Of a DNA stretch of 64,000 bases, positions 1 to 13,029 are shown piece by piece (the first letter of the stretch is position 1; each line of letters begins with the position of its first letter). The notes beneath the pieces are model-generated. The model worked only from the letters and a program-made list of their open reading frames with translations. It was not told where the DNA came from and did not search any database. Position numbers and translations under genes: made by a program. This DNA is from the human T2T-CHM13v2.0 reference genome, Homo sapiens, in NCBI RefSeq assembly GCF_009914755.1, contig NC_060940.1; one strand, written 5' to 3'.

Positions 1-550
1 GGGGTCCTGGACAGGATAACAAGCACTGACAAAGATGGGAAGAGTGGGTAATTGCATGGAAGACTGAGGTGTTAGGCATTGTGGATGGTGGCCATGGAAG
101 CAATGACTAATACTCTGTGAGGCTGACCATGTTAGCCAAAAGGATTCTGGGAGGTGTATATAACACAGCTCAAATGTTGAAGGAGTGGTAGGCAGATAGT
201 TGTCCAAAAATCAGTATTGAATGGGTGCATTTTATGCAGAAAGATAGAAGGTCATCACAAAAGCCATCAGGACTAAACGCCATAATCATCTTCATTTAGC
301 CAGAACCAGGCAAGCATTAGGAACATCACAAAATACAACCAAAGTGATAGGGAGCCTTAATAATGAATGGCATTAGATTGAGGAAGTATTTCATTGGATG
401 TTGAAAAATAAAGATAGTTGATATTTCTGGAAGCTAAGTGTCAAGAACAAAATGAAACAAGGTCACACAATTCATTTGAAAATAGAAAGGTAACTATCTT
501 ATCTTGGCACAAGATGGGAATATAATTAACAAAAGTAGGTATATCTTTAT

Positions 551-760
551 AGCTTTATGGTTAAGACCACTGGTCTAGTATAAGATTGCCTGAGTTAGAA
601 TCCTCATTTAGAATTAATGCCAGAGTTAGAATCCTTATTTAGAATTAATGCCTCTCTTAAACAGTTGTTTCAAGTATTCAGTTAGGTCATTCATGTAAAG
701 CAGCATATCCTAGCTCCAGATACAGAGGAGGCACTCAAGAAGTATTATTTTTATCAATAG
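551..760 (+). mobile_element. MIR SINE fragment containing a 31-bp tandem duplication
   Basis: MIR-like 5' part (tggttaagaccactggtctag...tgcctgagttagaatcc) and 3' part (catgtaaagc...gcactcaagaagtattatt). Confidence 0.55.
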
Positions 761-1544
761 TTGCACTCTAAATAATTTTGCAACAATTTATAACCACAAT
801 TTCATGACACAAAACAGACCTAAAATCACCTAAATTTAGAAAAAATAAAATCTTATTATATATGTATCTACTATTTAGAGAAGAATGAGAACATTGGTCT
901 GAATTTCTTTGGGAGTTGAACAAATTCCTCTACTGGGCTCCTTCCTTTTGATATAATTAGAAACTGCTCGTGGTGGTAAACTGGGCCACAGAATTGCCAT
1001 ACCCGAATAATTGTGTTAGTCTGATTTATAAATACATTATCTGTACGAAAAAACTTCAACATTTTATATTAACAAAGTTTAAAGACTTGCAACATTGAAA
1101 CCAATTACATTTTAACAGGAAGTCTTGGCTTTTTAATATTTTACAAGATAGACAGATGCTTCCCTACCTGTGACAGTTGTCTTCCCCGGGCAATTAGTCA
1201 GTCTCCAACTGAAGACTTTAGTATTTCTTTTTCAGCTCAAGTATCAGGCATTTAAATATGTTTGAAGTGTTAATTAATTTACATTTTCAAAAAAAGCTGT
1301 AAAAATGTTTCCAATAGTAGATCTTCATAATCAGTTGCTGTATGGTGTTAGATGTTTACATACCCCCTTATTCATAGAATTGTCAACATGCCCCACATTA
1401 GAATTATAAGGGTAAAATGTAAATTGAGAATAGCTACTGGTTCAATATTATAAAATGTGTGAAATCAGGGATATATGCCATATAAGGACTACTAATATTG
1501 CTATACATGCTAACACTACTATGTATGTTGACTGGTTTTCAGGC

Positions 1545-1750
1545 CCCATGTAGGTTATTTGCACATACAATAACTTTGGCTCATATTTTAATGCTGCAGT
1601 TGAAACATTAATATCCTTGTTTTGTGTAAGAGATTTAAAATTCAGAGAACCCAGGTATTTTGCCTTAGTTCACACATACAGAAAGTGTAGCCATGATTCA
1701 AATCCTAAATTTCTAATTTCAACACACTTCTGTTACACACACTCTGCCTC
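1545..1750 (-). mobile_element. MIR SINE
   Basis: Degenerate antisense MIR: ttgccttagttcacaca...gattcaaatcc...ctctgcctc. Confidence 0.5.
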
Positions 1751-2049
1751 AGTTAATGGATCCAAGATATACTCACATTAGGATACTCTGAGGAAAGTTT
1801 ACTTAAACAGGGACAATGTTTTGAAGTGTGAATAGTAGGGTAATTTAGTATTGCATTGCATTGTGAATGATGCAGAAACATCGGGCTAGTGCTAGAAGAG
1901 CTGTTACTATTTCTGGTCCTGTGCTAGAATAGGGTAGCAAATGGTAATTTAAATATAGTGTTGTGTTAAAAAAAATGCACTTTGAAAAAAAAATAGCCTT
2001 TGGTGGAGAGCACAGCAAGCCCATAATGAAAAGCAAGAAGGAAATTACG

Positions 2050-2242
2050 GACCCAAATATACCAACTTCAATTTCCTTTCTCCTCCTAATCTCCTGCCAG
2101 GGCTTCCTATTGTCCTAACACGGCCTTAACACAGAAGCATGAAAGCTCATTGATGGACTTTATACAGGTCAAATCTTTGTTACAGAGTAGTATAGAGAAG
2201 GAAAAAAATTAGACATGAAAGGCAAACAGGAGATAATCGACA
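2050..2242. mobile_element. MLT1-type (ERVL-MaLR) LTR fragment
   Basis: ctcctgccagggcttcctattgtcctaac...cagagtagtatagagaagg...ggcaaacaggagataatc resembles the old MLT1 (I/J/K group) terminus. Confidence 0.5.
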
Positions 2243-2695
2243 TGAGAGCGTTATATATATTGAGCTAAGTGTGGCTAGAAGAGAGGCTGCAGTTTCAGAA
2301 GTAGTTGTTACAGCCTCTTCTCTGTGCTTCATTCTTAAAGTTCATTTTTGAAGATAATGCTTGATTAAACAATGCTTTGGTGTGTAATCATAGAAACATA
2401 ATTGTGAATATGAATATACATATACAAATATATGTGTGTGCACGTGCTTTTAAGTTCTTTGGAACTGCACAGCAGCTATCTGTTACAACAAGAATATGAT
2501 TGTCTCCCAACTCATTATTTGGTATGGTATCTCCTTTCTCTATAGCTATCCAGCTATTCCAAAGAAGTGGTCTGTTGCTTACATAAGATCAAGTGGAAAC
2601 TTTAAAGCCATTAAATAACAAGACCAGAGTCCATACTGGGATTTTGTTTGTGAAGTGAATAGGTGTGGATGAGAGGATCAGAAGCATACAACTAA

Positions 2696-3343
<648 letters not shown>

Positions 3344-3375
3344 TAAATTTTTTAAAATTTCAAAACCAGATAATC

Positions 3376-5556
3376 TTTTATTTTTATTTTAAATTAAGTA
3401 TCTTTGGAGTTCTTTGTGCTTTCTAGATTTGGATGTTCATTTTCCTCTCTGGATTTGCAAACAGTTTCTTTCATTTTTTAAAATAATCTTTTCTTTAAAA
3501 AATTTCTTTCTTTTCTTTCTCTGCTATTTCTGATATTTCTATAATGCATATCTTGGTTTGCTTGACAGTTTCCCATAAGTCCTCTAGGCTTTCTTCACTT
3601 TTTTCATTATTTTTTTTCACTGACTGGATCATTTTAAATGATCTTTGAGTCCACTGATTGTTTCTTCTACTTATTTGAGTCTGCTATTGAAGCTCTCAAT
3701 GGAAATCTTTAGTGTAATAATCATGTTCTTCAGCTGCAGAATTTCTATCTGTTTCTTTTTATGGCATCTCTTAGTTAAACTTCTAATTTTTGTTCGTGTA
3801 TTATTTTCTGATATTGTTTTGTTGTCTATCTGTATTCTCTTGTAGCTTACTGAGTTTCTTTAAAATGGTTATTTTAATTTCTTTGTCAGGCCGTCCATAG
3901 CTTCATTTCTTTAGGATTGATTACTGGTGCTTTATTTTGTTCCTTTGGTGATGTTCTGTTTTCTGGTTATTCATGATCCTTCTGAATATGCATTTGCATC
4001 TATATATTTGAAGAAGTAGGCATCTATATCAGTCTTTACACACTGGCTTTGGCAGGAAAAGCCCATCATCATTCAGCCTATCTAGGGATTATAGATGGAC
4101 CATCAGGAAGAGATTGCCTGTAGGCTTACTGATAGAGTCTTCAGGCTGGCTGATCTGGTGCCTGGTGGGTGCAGGTGGGCAGGCTTGGCACCTGTGTCCA
4201 CAGGGGCTAGCCTTGTGTTTGGGTCCAATGGGGGCTGGCCTGGCACTGGGATCTACTTGGGTCAGCCTGTTGACTGGGTCCACAGGGTGGAACTGAAGCA
4301 TGAGTCCACAGGAGCTGGTACAGGGCCTGGGCCCACAAGGGCTGGCCTGGAGCTTGGGGCTGCAGGGACTTACCTGGCAACTAGAGTGGCTTTGGATCCT
4401 GGTTCTACTGAAGGCTTTGTCTTTGGAAACTGGTCTGAAGGCTGGATCAGTGGGTTCTGGACTAGATACTAGATCCTCACTCTGGCTTGGACCGTGGAGC
4501 CACAGGGCCAGTCTGGATCCATGGGTATAGGTCTGTGCTCTGGAGCCACAGTGACTGGATTCATGGGTAGAAGTCTCCGTTTTCGGGTCAAGAGGCTGGA
4601 TCCACGGGTGTGGGTCTTTGTTCAGGGCCCACAGTGACTGGCCTGGAGACTGGGTCCACTGGGGCCAGGCTAATGCCAGTATCTCTACTGGAACTTATCT
4701 GGATCCCAGATATGCTGGAAGGTGGGGAATTATCTGGGCTTAGGGAAGGCCTGGAGCCTAGGGTTACTAAAGCTGGTCTGACAGTGTTACCAGCTTAGAG
4801 GCTGGATCCCTGAGGGCCAGCCTGGAGCCTGAGGTGGGTGACCATCCTGCACCCAAGGGCAGTTGGGGCCACTAGGGCCAGCCTGGAGATTTGTGAATTT
4901 GGAACTCAGGTCTAGAGCTTAGTACTGAACGGAGCTGTCCTGGCACTGGGGCAGACTTGAAGCCTGGGGTTGCTGGGGCTAACCTGGCACTGGGGCTGGT
5001 CTAGAGCCCTGGAAGGTCCTGGGTCCTGAGTCTGTGGGGGCCTGCTAGAGGCCTGGAGCCACTGGGGCCGGCCTGGATGTGAGGTTTGCCTGGAGGCTGG
5101 ATTTATGGGTGCCAGCATAGAGTCTTGGGTTACAGGGGCTGACCTGGAATTGTAGCCAGCCTGGAGCCTGAGTCTGTGGGTACCAAACTGTAGCTTGGGG
5201 CCATGGGCACTGAAATGGAATCAAGTGTCACTGGGGCAGGCCTGATGCTGGAATTCGCAGCAAATTTGAATGCTCATTTTCTTCTCTTTCCCCCAAACAG
5301 AGGATATTTTTCTCTAGGTTGTGCTACCCACGTTTGAGAAGGGGTGATGTGGGTAATTTACAACACTCCTTTGTACTTTCTCTATTATGTCTTCTCTTAG
5401 TTCTGCATTATACCCAGCTGCTGTAATGTCTCATACAGATTCCTTTGCTCTTGGGAATGTATTTATGTGCATGAACAGTTTTTCAAACTGATGTGTCTGT
5501 GAAGGGACAAGTTCTGGAAAGTCCTATTCCACCACCATCTTGCTGGCATTACTCTC
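3376..5556 (-). mobile_element. Old L1M 5'UTR plus partial ORF1 (3'-truncated)
   Basis: Minus-strand translation near 3640-3760 gives KQIEILQLKNMIITLKISIESFNSRLK*VEETISGLKD (ORF1p coiled coil); minus-strand start GAGAGTAATGCCAGCAAGATGG is a typical L1 5' end with YY1-type AAGATGG. Confidence 0.85.
4170..5245. repeat. Degenerate GC-rich ~27-bp tandem array within the L1 5'UTR
   Basis: Units such as GGGGCTGGCCTGGCACTGGGATCTACT, GGAGCTGGTACAGGGCCTGGGCCCACA, AGGGCTGGCCTGGAGCTTGGGGCTGCA. Confidence 0.85.
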
Positions 5557-5694
5557 AGAAACCAGTTAATCAACAGGTAACAATAATAGATTCCACTGAC
5601 ATCTTACTCAAGTGTTTTCCCATTTGTTGTCACTGTCTTCTACTAAAGTATGTTTCCAAGAGAGGAAAGATCTTACGTGTTTCTTTGAAAGTGA

Positions 5695-5772
5695 ATCTCA
5701 GTACCTAGTAGTATGCCTAAAATATAAAAAGTACTCAATAAATGTTTATTAAATTGACTAAAGAGTGAATGT
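5695..5772 (+). mobile_element. L2 3' end
   Basis: agtacctagtagtatgcct...tactcaataaatgtttattaaattga. Confidence 0.6.
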
Positions 5773-5785
5773 TAGGTATCAATTA

Positions 5786-6115
<330 letters not shown>

Positions 6116-6177
6116 TCAGGTTCACAAATATTGGATGATATTCAACAAAATAAGCTTATATTACAAGAATAGTTGTA

Positions 6178-6330
6178 TTACTTCTATTTTACAGACAAAG
6201 AATCTGAATTTTAGAGGATTTAGGTAATTCTCACAAGGTCATGTTCCATATTATACGTCACTGTGATTCAGTTGAAATCCAAACACGGTTCTACTTGCTA
6301 GAAAATAACACGTAATTTCTACTGTATTAC
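6178..6330 (-). mobile_element. MIR
   Basis: ctattttacagacaaagaatctga...caaggtca core. Confidence 0.65.
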
Positions 6331-7149
6331 TCTGGCTGAGTGCAGAGAAGGCTTTCTAGGTATGATTGTTAACAAGACTGGGTTCGAAGACTAAAAGAAC
6401 CATACTACACTGGCAAGTAATGGCGCACTTTCAACGGCAAATGAAGAGTAAGAGTCAATAGGCAAAGGTAGGTATATAGTGATTCTAAGGTTGACTGGTT
6501 TTAATCACTTTAAATAAACTCTTGTCCACTTCACCAGCAATGTTTATCATTGTCCTGCTATTATTTCCAAAATGCTTGCCCAGCCCACATCCCCGTCGGA
6601 GTGCCTATAATCTTTGTCATAATCTTTTCCGTTAATTTGAAAGGAACAATACTGCAGAATATTATCAATTCCACAAACCTCTTAGAGGCAGGATGGGAAC
6701 TTGGCACAAGAGTGGGGCTTTTTTTTTTTTTTGGTCAACACTCAGCTGCACCACAGAGATCTCTGTCATCTTTCATACCTTCTGAGTGTAAAGCAAAGAT
6801 CAACTTCCTAAAAGTCTAATCAACTTTTCATGCTCTCAAAGTCATGTTAACATAAGTAATTATTTTTAAGGAATTCTTGTTTTGGGGAGAAAGAGCCCCT
6901 TTAAAATTTCATAATCTGGCCCTGGGTCACACTTATTAGACTAAAGCTTAAAATAATTCTAGGCAAAGAAGAAAGCACAGTATAGTTCAAATTAGATACC
7001 ACCACCATCACCCCCATCACACTACACAGTTCCCCCACCTAGTGGCATTTGGTTCTGAGTATGTGGCCCAGGATCCAAAGGGCTCATGTTGGTGACTGAG
7101 TTTAAGTGTTAAAAGAATAAAGAGAATAACAAAGATGTTGTTTCTTAAA

Positions 7150-7322
7150 AATAGGGTAAAAGCTGATCTGCATCAGAAGCACCTAAGAGCCCTATTCAAT
7201 TTAAATATTTATGGGATCCATGAACACTTACTAAATTTCTGGAACTGGATAAAGGAATCAGAAAAATTTTAAGACGGTTTCCCAAAGTGATGCTTAATGT
7301 ACACTGGAGTTTGAAATCTAAG
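7150..7322. mobile_element. MER5A-like hAT-Charlie MITE
   Basis: tgcatcagaagcacct...ggaatc...gtgatgcttaatgtacactggagtttgaaa. Confidence 0.6.
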
Positions 7323-8359
7323 TGCTCCCATCTGACCTCGCCTATGCTCACAGGGAGTGGCTGACTCCAGAAATACCAAGCCCCAATACTGTACAACTCA
7401 TTCCATTAGAACATCTTCCTATGCTAGATTTAAAACTGTCTTTTTATAGCTGCCCACACATTAGGTCAAAATAAGATCACTTTCAACAGTTACCATGAGC
7501 ACAGAACTCAGTATTCTGAAGTTTTTTTCTAAACTGTAAAAAGCTGGGAAAATCTAGAAGAAGTGCTGTCATTGAGGAAACTTAAGAGCAATAGAGATAG
7601 TCACTGATAGAAAATGAAGCTGTATGATTTGATAAGAGACAAATGGAAGAAATCAAATCAACAGCTGATTCCCCTTGCTAAAGGATTCTTTTCCCTCCAG
7701 TTGACATTCAGTAGTATGAATAGCATGTAATTCTAAAAAAAAATTTACTTATATTTTTACTTCATTATTTTATTAAAATTTCGTTTTAAATCACATCATG
7801 ATTTTACTACTTAAAAGTTTGGTTGGTCATTGAATTATAGAATGATAAAACTCCAGTGGTTTTGATTGGTACTTCCGTGTCTGGTGTCAAATACTGGCAA
7901 AGTATAATCTCTTGCACTTCCTAACATAATAATGTTTCAGGTTCTGCCAGACTATGTTTTACAACCTTCTTTTAGTTTCATCTGTCTTTTCCTGACTCTG
8001 TACCTTTTTCTGACAAACGTTCCCACTGATTGGAAACCGTCTTTCCCACCTCCTTTTCTCCTCCAACAACCACACTTTTTTTTTTCATTTGGAAAATGTG
8101 CATATTATTCAGGGTTCAACTCAAATGCCTCTTCTAACTGAAAGAAGTATACGTGTATATTACACATACATACATATGTGAGTGTGTGCGTGTGTATGTA
8201 TGGGTTTTATGTCTTAGTGAAATCTGTATTTGTATGATAGACGGTTACCAACTTCAGCAACAACATTCATCCTCTTTCCTAGGTAATAATCACTGTAGTT
8301 ACAATTGCCAGTTGCTCTTACTTATATTCACTGTATATGAGACTCTATTAAGTAATAGT

Positions 8360-8520
8360 AAAGAAGGCAGGAATCAGTGTCTGTCTTCTGGGTTCACATT
8401 CAGATTTTACCACTGAGGGCTACATGAGGTTGAACAAGCCCCTTAATCTCTGTTTTTGTATCCTCTTCTACAGATGAAGATAATTTGAGAATACTCAGTG
8501 ATTTATGTATAAAATAAGTA
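8360..8520 (+). mobile_element. MIR
   Basis: ctgggttcacatt...ttgaacaagccccttaatctctg...ctcttctacagatgaagataat. Confidence 0.6.
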
Positions 8521-8705
8521 TATACAATATATACTCTATAATTAATAATATACTGTGGAATATTATTTGAAATTTATTATCATATTTATATTACTCCATT
8601 TCACAGACAAGGAAATGAGACTTAGAGATGAAAGCCATCTCTCCCAATATTATATACATAACAACGGATGGGTGCTGTAATAGATGTTTTAACACTGTGT
8701 AAATA

Positions 8706-8708
8706 AAT

Positions 8709-8774
<66 letters not shown>

Positions 8775-8950
8775 TTTTTTTTGAGATGGAGTCTCACTCT
8801 GTCGCCCAGGTTGGAATGCAGTGGCCCGATCTCGGCTCACTGCTCCGGCTCCTGGGTTCACGCCATTGTCCTGCCTCAGCTTCCTGAGTAGCTGGGACTA
8901 CAGGAGCCCACTACCACGCCCGGCTAATTTTTTGTATTTTTTAGTAGAGA
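8706..8950 (-). mobile_element. AluY-like, 5'-truncated, with 16-bp TSD
   Basis: Right arm plus linker (gggttcacgccatt, gggactacagg); TSD TAACACTGTGTAAATA at 8690-8705 and 8951-8966. Confidence 0.93.
8709..8768. repeat. Compound microsatellite (AC)13(AT)17
   Basis: Read directly from the sequence. Confidence 0.97.
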
Positions 8951-9989
8951 TAACACTGTGTAAATATTTTTTACCTACGTATATCCTTTGTGACCGATCC
9001 TGCACGGAGTTTATTTTCTACCTGATGATTATAGACATTACTTCCACACACCTCTAATTGCTCTGCCCAACCATTCAGAATGCTTTTCTCACCCTGCCAA
9101 GAGGCAGCTCAGATTTTATCATGTAAATTGTAAAATAAGTTAGAAGTAAGTATAGCATTCTGTCATCTGGCACCTAATTTGGGATATTAGTATTTTTACA
9201 ACACTAAATATTGTCTGTTCCTCTATTATTCTTGTATGTCTCCTGCTACTCAGCCATCAGGAGTATTACACTATTTAAAATACCCCAAAAATTGAATGTG
9301 CTTTTCTTAAACTTATGACAGGCCGTGTTTTCATTAAATCATAATATGCCAAAAATATAAGTAAGAAATATATATATTTTTAGGTAATTAACAGTTGGAA
9401 TTAGAGATGAATAGCACTTCCTCCTCCTTATCACTTGGTTGGTAATTATAACTGGTATTTTCGTCCAGGGCAATTTTTGTCATCAGCTTTCCTTACAGAA
9501 ACTTACAGCCACTTTATCTTTTCAGCTGCTGTAATTCATCCAATTTCATATAAGGATTATAGAAGACTGAGTTAAAATCAGACAAGAAAAATACTACTTC
9601 CCAGAGTTTTAGGTCTCAGTGGTATTAATTAATGGGTTATATTCAGATATTTTCATAATAATTAATGTACAGGACTAAATAGAATACTTTGCCCTGTCTT
9701 GCTATAGAAATTTTCCAGAATGTGTTGTTTTTGATAGTTCTTATATTTCTAGCATGTTCATTTTCTTTTCTCTTCAGTGATGACACTGACAAAGCCACTC
9801 TGTATCCTCAAAAGCAAGGATCCTAGGATTGGTCTGCAGAGCTGCAGTACAGCCTACAATCCTCTCTTCCCCAAATGAGACAAATCTTTGAATTCATATT
9901 GGAAGTATTATGATCAATGCATGCATACTCCTTTAGGCAGCATCTTTACCTCAAAAGAACAGAAGACCCCATTAGTAGGAATATTTATT

Positions 9990-10195
9990 CTTTGAGAAAC
10001 ACTTGCTTTATGAGGCAATCTGCTAGGTATTTGGTGTATGTCATTATGAATCCAGATAGATCTTTGATAATTAGGTATTACTATTCCCATTTTATAGAAG
10101 AAAAAACTGAGGATATAAGTGGTGAAGCTACTTCTCAATCTCAAAACACTGGGACAAAACAGAAGACAATTGTGGCTGAGCTCATTTGACTCAAG
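9990..10195 (-). mobile_element. MIR, interrupted by an L1 insertion
   Basis: aggtattactattcccattttatagaagaaaaaactgagg core. Confidence 0.75.
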
Positions 10196-10206
10196 AACGT
10201 ATGTTC

Positions 10207-10540
10207 CTATATTTTTGATGTCCTATCCAAAGATCCTTTTCCAGACTAATTTCAAGAAGGTTTTTTTCTGTTTTTCTTTTTTCTAGTAAACTTATGATTT
10301 CAGGTCTCACATTTAAGTCTTTAAGTTGATTTTTTAAACATGTGATACAACGTCCAATTTTACTCTTCTGCATGTGGATATCTAGTTTTTCTATCACCAT
10401 TTATTGTGGTGACCATCCTCTCTTCGTTGTGTGTTTTTAGCACCCTTGTCAAAAATCAGTTGACTATAGATGTGTGAATTTATACATCTTAACTATGTAC
10501 AACTTGTAATTGTCAATTATACCTCAAGAAAGTTGGAAAA
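10207..10540 (+). mobile_element. Short 5'-inverted L1 (L1MA9/L1MB-age)
   Basis: Antisense ORF2 3' piece (10207 to ~10482) joined to a sense 3' end (tgtcaattatacctcaagaaagttggaaaaaa); TSD AACGTATGTTC at 10196-10206 and 10541-10551. Confidence 0.85.
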
Positions 10541-10844
10541 AACGTATGTTCTTTATAGTTACTATCTATGTCGGGTTGACTCTAGAGGATTTAAGAAAAG
10601 AAAAAGAAGACTGCATAATTGCCAGTGACGTGAAAAAGAACACTGTGAGAGGTCAAACTTGGGAGCAGTAGTAGAAACAGAAAACTTGAGAGGTTTTTGT
10701 GTTTTAGTCACTTTGTTGTTAAGTCTTGAACAAATTCATGGCACATATTTGCTCTCCATGTCTGTTGAACAAATTTAAATTAATTACATTGACTTGGACA
10801 ACCTAAAGGTAATTTTATTTTAGAGAACATTAGTAATACAGTTC

Positions 10845-11005
10845 AATTCACCAAACCTGCATACATAATAAAATCAACAAGAAAAGAATTCTTAGAAATA
10901 TAGATTCCTGAGGTCTCTCAGGCATTGATTCAGTAAGCTGGAACCCAGGAACCTGTAATTTGAATAATCACACTGGTCAGTTTTATTCAACTATCCTGGC
11001 AGTTG
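10845..11005. mobile_element. MER5-like MITE
   Basis: aaatatagattcctgagg...tgattcagtaag...cccaggaacctgtaattt. Confidence 0.6.
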
Positions 11006-11024
11006 CCATGTGGATATAATCTAG

Positions 11025-11250
11025 TCAAAGTGACTAGATTTGAGCTTTGGGGACAAAGAACAGAGATTGAATTCTAGAGTTATTTTTTGTCTTTTGTAGT
11101 ACGTACTTATCTTCAGTGATTCCCATTTTGGTTTTATATTTAACATGGGAGAATACTGTCTACCTCATGTGTCTATTATAAGAATTCTCTATGGTAAGGC
11201 ATAGAACACCTGCCACATAGCAGAGGTTTAAACGATCCTAGTAATTTTTA
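11025..11250 (+). mobile_element. MIR
   Basis: gagctttgggg...atgggagaatactgtctacctcat...tattataagaatt...cacatagcag. Confidence 0.6.
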
Positions 11251-11756
11251 TATAAACCCTGTATCTTAACCATCCCCATGCTGGTCCCAAAAAGGAATGT
11301 GCTTTTTGATGTTTCTCCATTTTGTTTTTGGTTACACAATGTGATGAGATGCACTCATTGGAATTTTAAATACAAGGGAAAAGACAGTAATGTCTTGGTT
11401 TTTTTTTCATACAACTCAACAAATACGAAGTTAGATTTTTTTTCTATTTTCTTTAGATAAGCTCTGCCCAGGAAAGCTAATAACTTGGGATAGATTTAAT
11501 GGGAAAAAAAAGTTCATGAGTGTTCAAACGGGCCTGGTTTTGGCCCAGGCTTTAAATTAAAGAGTAGGGGCCACTCTGTAGGACTAGATACTAGAAATGA
11601 GGTACTAGATACTGGGTACTAGATATTAGGTAAAGCAAATAGGTAATCAACATTTTTTATCTGGAGATGTTTCTGGTCACACCTTGTAACAGGATCAGGT
11701 AAGGCAGTAGGATTAAGTATTGCAAGGCTGAGAATATAACTTGGAAATTAAAGATA

Positions 11757-11880
11757 CATTATTTCATTCATTGAAAAATATTTATTGAATGCAATCAATA
11801 TGTTATGTATTGTACCAAGTAATAAGAATACAAAGTATATAAGGATTCATTCCTAGTTTGTAGTAGCTCAAAAGACTAGA
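11757..11880 (-). mobile_element. L2 3' end
   Basis: cattcattgaaaaatatttattgaatgc... Confidence 0.65.
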
Positions 11881-12803
11881 ATCAGGCCATCATATAAAAG
11901 ATTTACAGCATAACTTTTGTTTTATTTTTTTGAAGATAAGTGGACATGGGAGCTGAATCAAAGAGTACCACACCTAGACCAATGGCCAAGGAAGTTATGC
12001 TAGACCCATGAGACAGGTAGAAGCTAACAAGTCGGAAAGGGACACATGAGGATAATAAGATTCTACAAAAATTAATGAATAGGGAAAGGATTTTTCTTGT
12101 TTTGAATTGTTGAAAATGAATGTCAATGTTCCAACCCTGCACTCATTTTTTTCTTGAAGGAAAAAAGCCATGTGATTTCAATCATGACAAAGGCTCTAAT
12201 TATTGATCTGTTAGATGAGATGCTAATATAATTCTCATAGTATTAGTGTGAGGATGAAATACAATAAATTATGGAAGTAATTACATACCAGTATCTCCCT
12301 GCTTCACAAATTATCTAGCATGGATTCTGGATATATTAAAGCATTTCTATTGGAAAAGTGAGCAGTATTAGGGTGTGGTCACACTTATTTCAGAGGATGA
12401 TTAGTTTATTTACTCACTGAGAAGTAATAATCATTTATGGAGAAAAATGTGGAACAAATCCCTTTTGATCTCACACGGTGCATAAACCAAACTGAATTGA
12501 GATTCCTAAAATATAACAAAGTTAAATGAAAGCAGTTGTCTCCTAAAGATAAATAGAGGCATGTGTGTCCTTTAGTGTCCCATTACGATTCAGTTGACAG
12601 CAGGAATGTAGTTCTTTTAAAGTTAAACAAAGCTATAGATTCTCCTGAGATATTAATGCGCTTGCTGAAGAAAATGTTCCAGGAAATTAAAACAAATATA
12701 GAAGTATCACAACATTAGAGGGAGTGTTCCAGGAGAAGAAAAAAAGGAAGATTCAAGAAAAAAATAATCCACTTTGAATCTGCATTTAATGCCTCTTTCG
12801 CTT

Positions 12804-12830
12804 TGTGTGCGTGTGTGTGTGTGTGTGTGT
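12804..12830. repeat. (TG)n microsatellite
   Basis: Read directly from the sequence. Confidence 0.9.
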
Positions 12831-13029
12831 ATGTTTATAATTAAAGATTAAGAAGAGATGGTGTCTACCTCCAAAGATTCTAACCAAGGGCACAAAAATT
12901 GCAAGTAAACTATTGATTAGCATTGTGTTCTACAAAAGTGTTCTAGAAAACAGTAATTTCCAAAGAGTGTGGGAAAGGTACTATCTCTTCTTGCTTTTAG
13001 GAAGGAAGTCACACAAGTCTTTACAGAGA

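Noticed and set aside
1-480. Possible L2 internal fragment
   Set aside because: Similarity is too weak to call by eye.
4089-5118. Gly/Pro/Leu-rich ORFs (e.g. 4095-4472, 125 aa)
   Set aside because: They are a by-product of a GC-rich 27-bp (9-codon) tandem array in an L1 5'UTR.
9777-9790. C-box-like GTGATGA near CTGA (snoRNA), after a strong acceptor-like tract
   Set aside because: The boxes are only a few nt apart, there is no terminal stem, and no convincing downstream donor.
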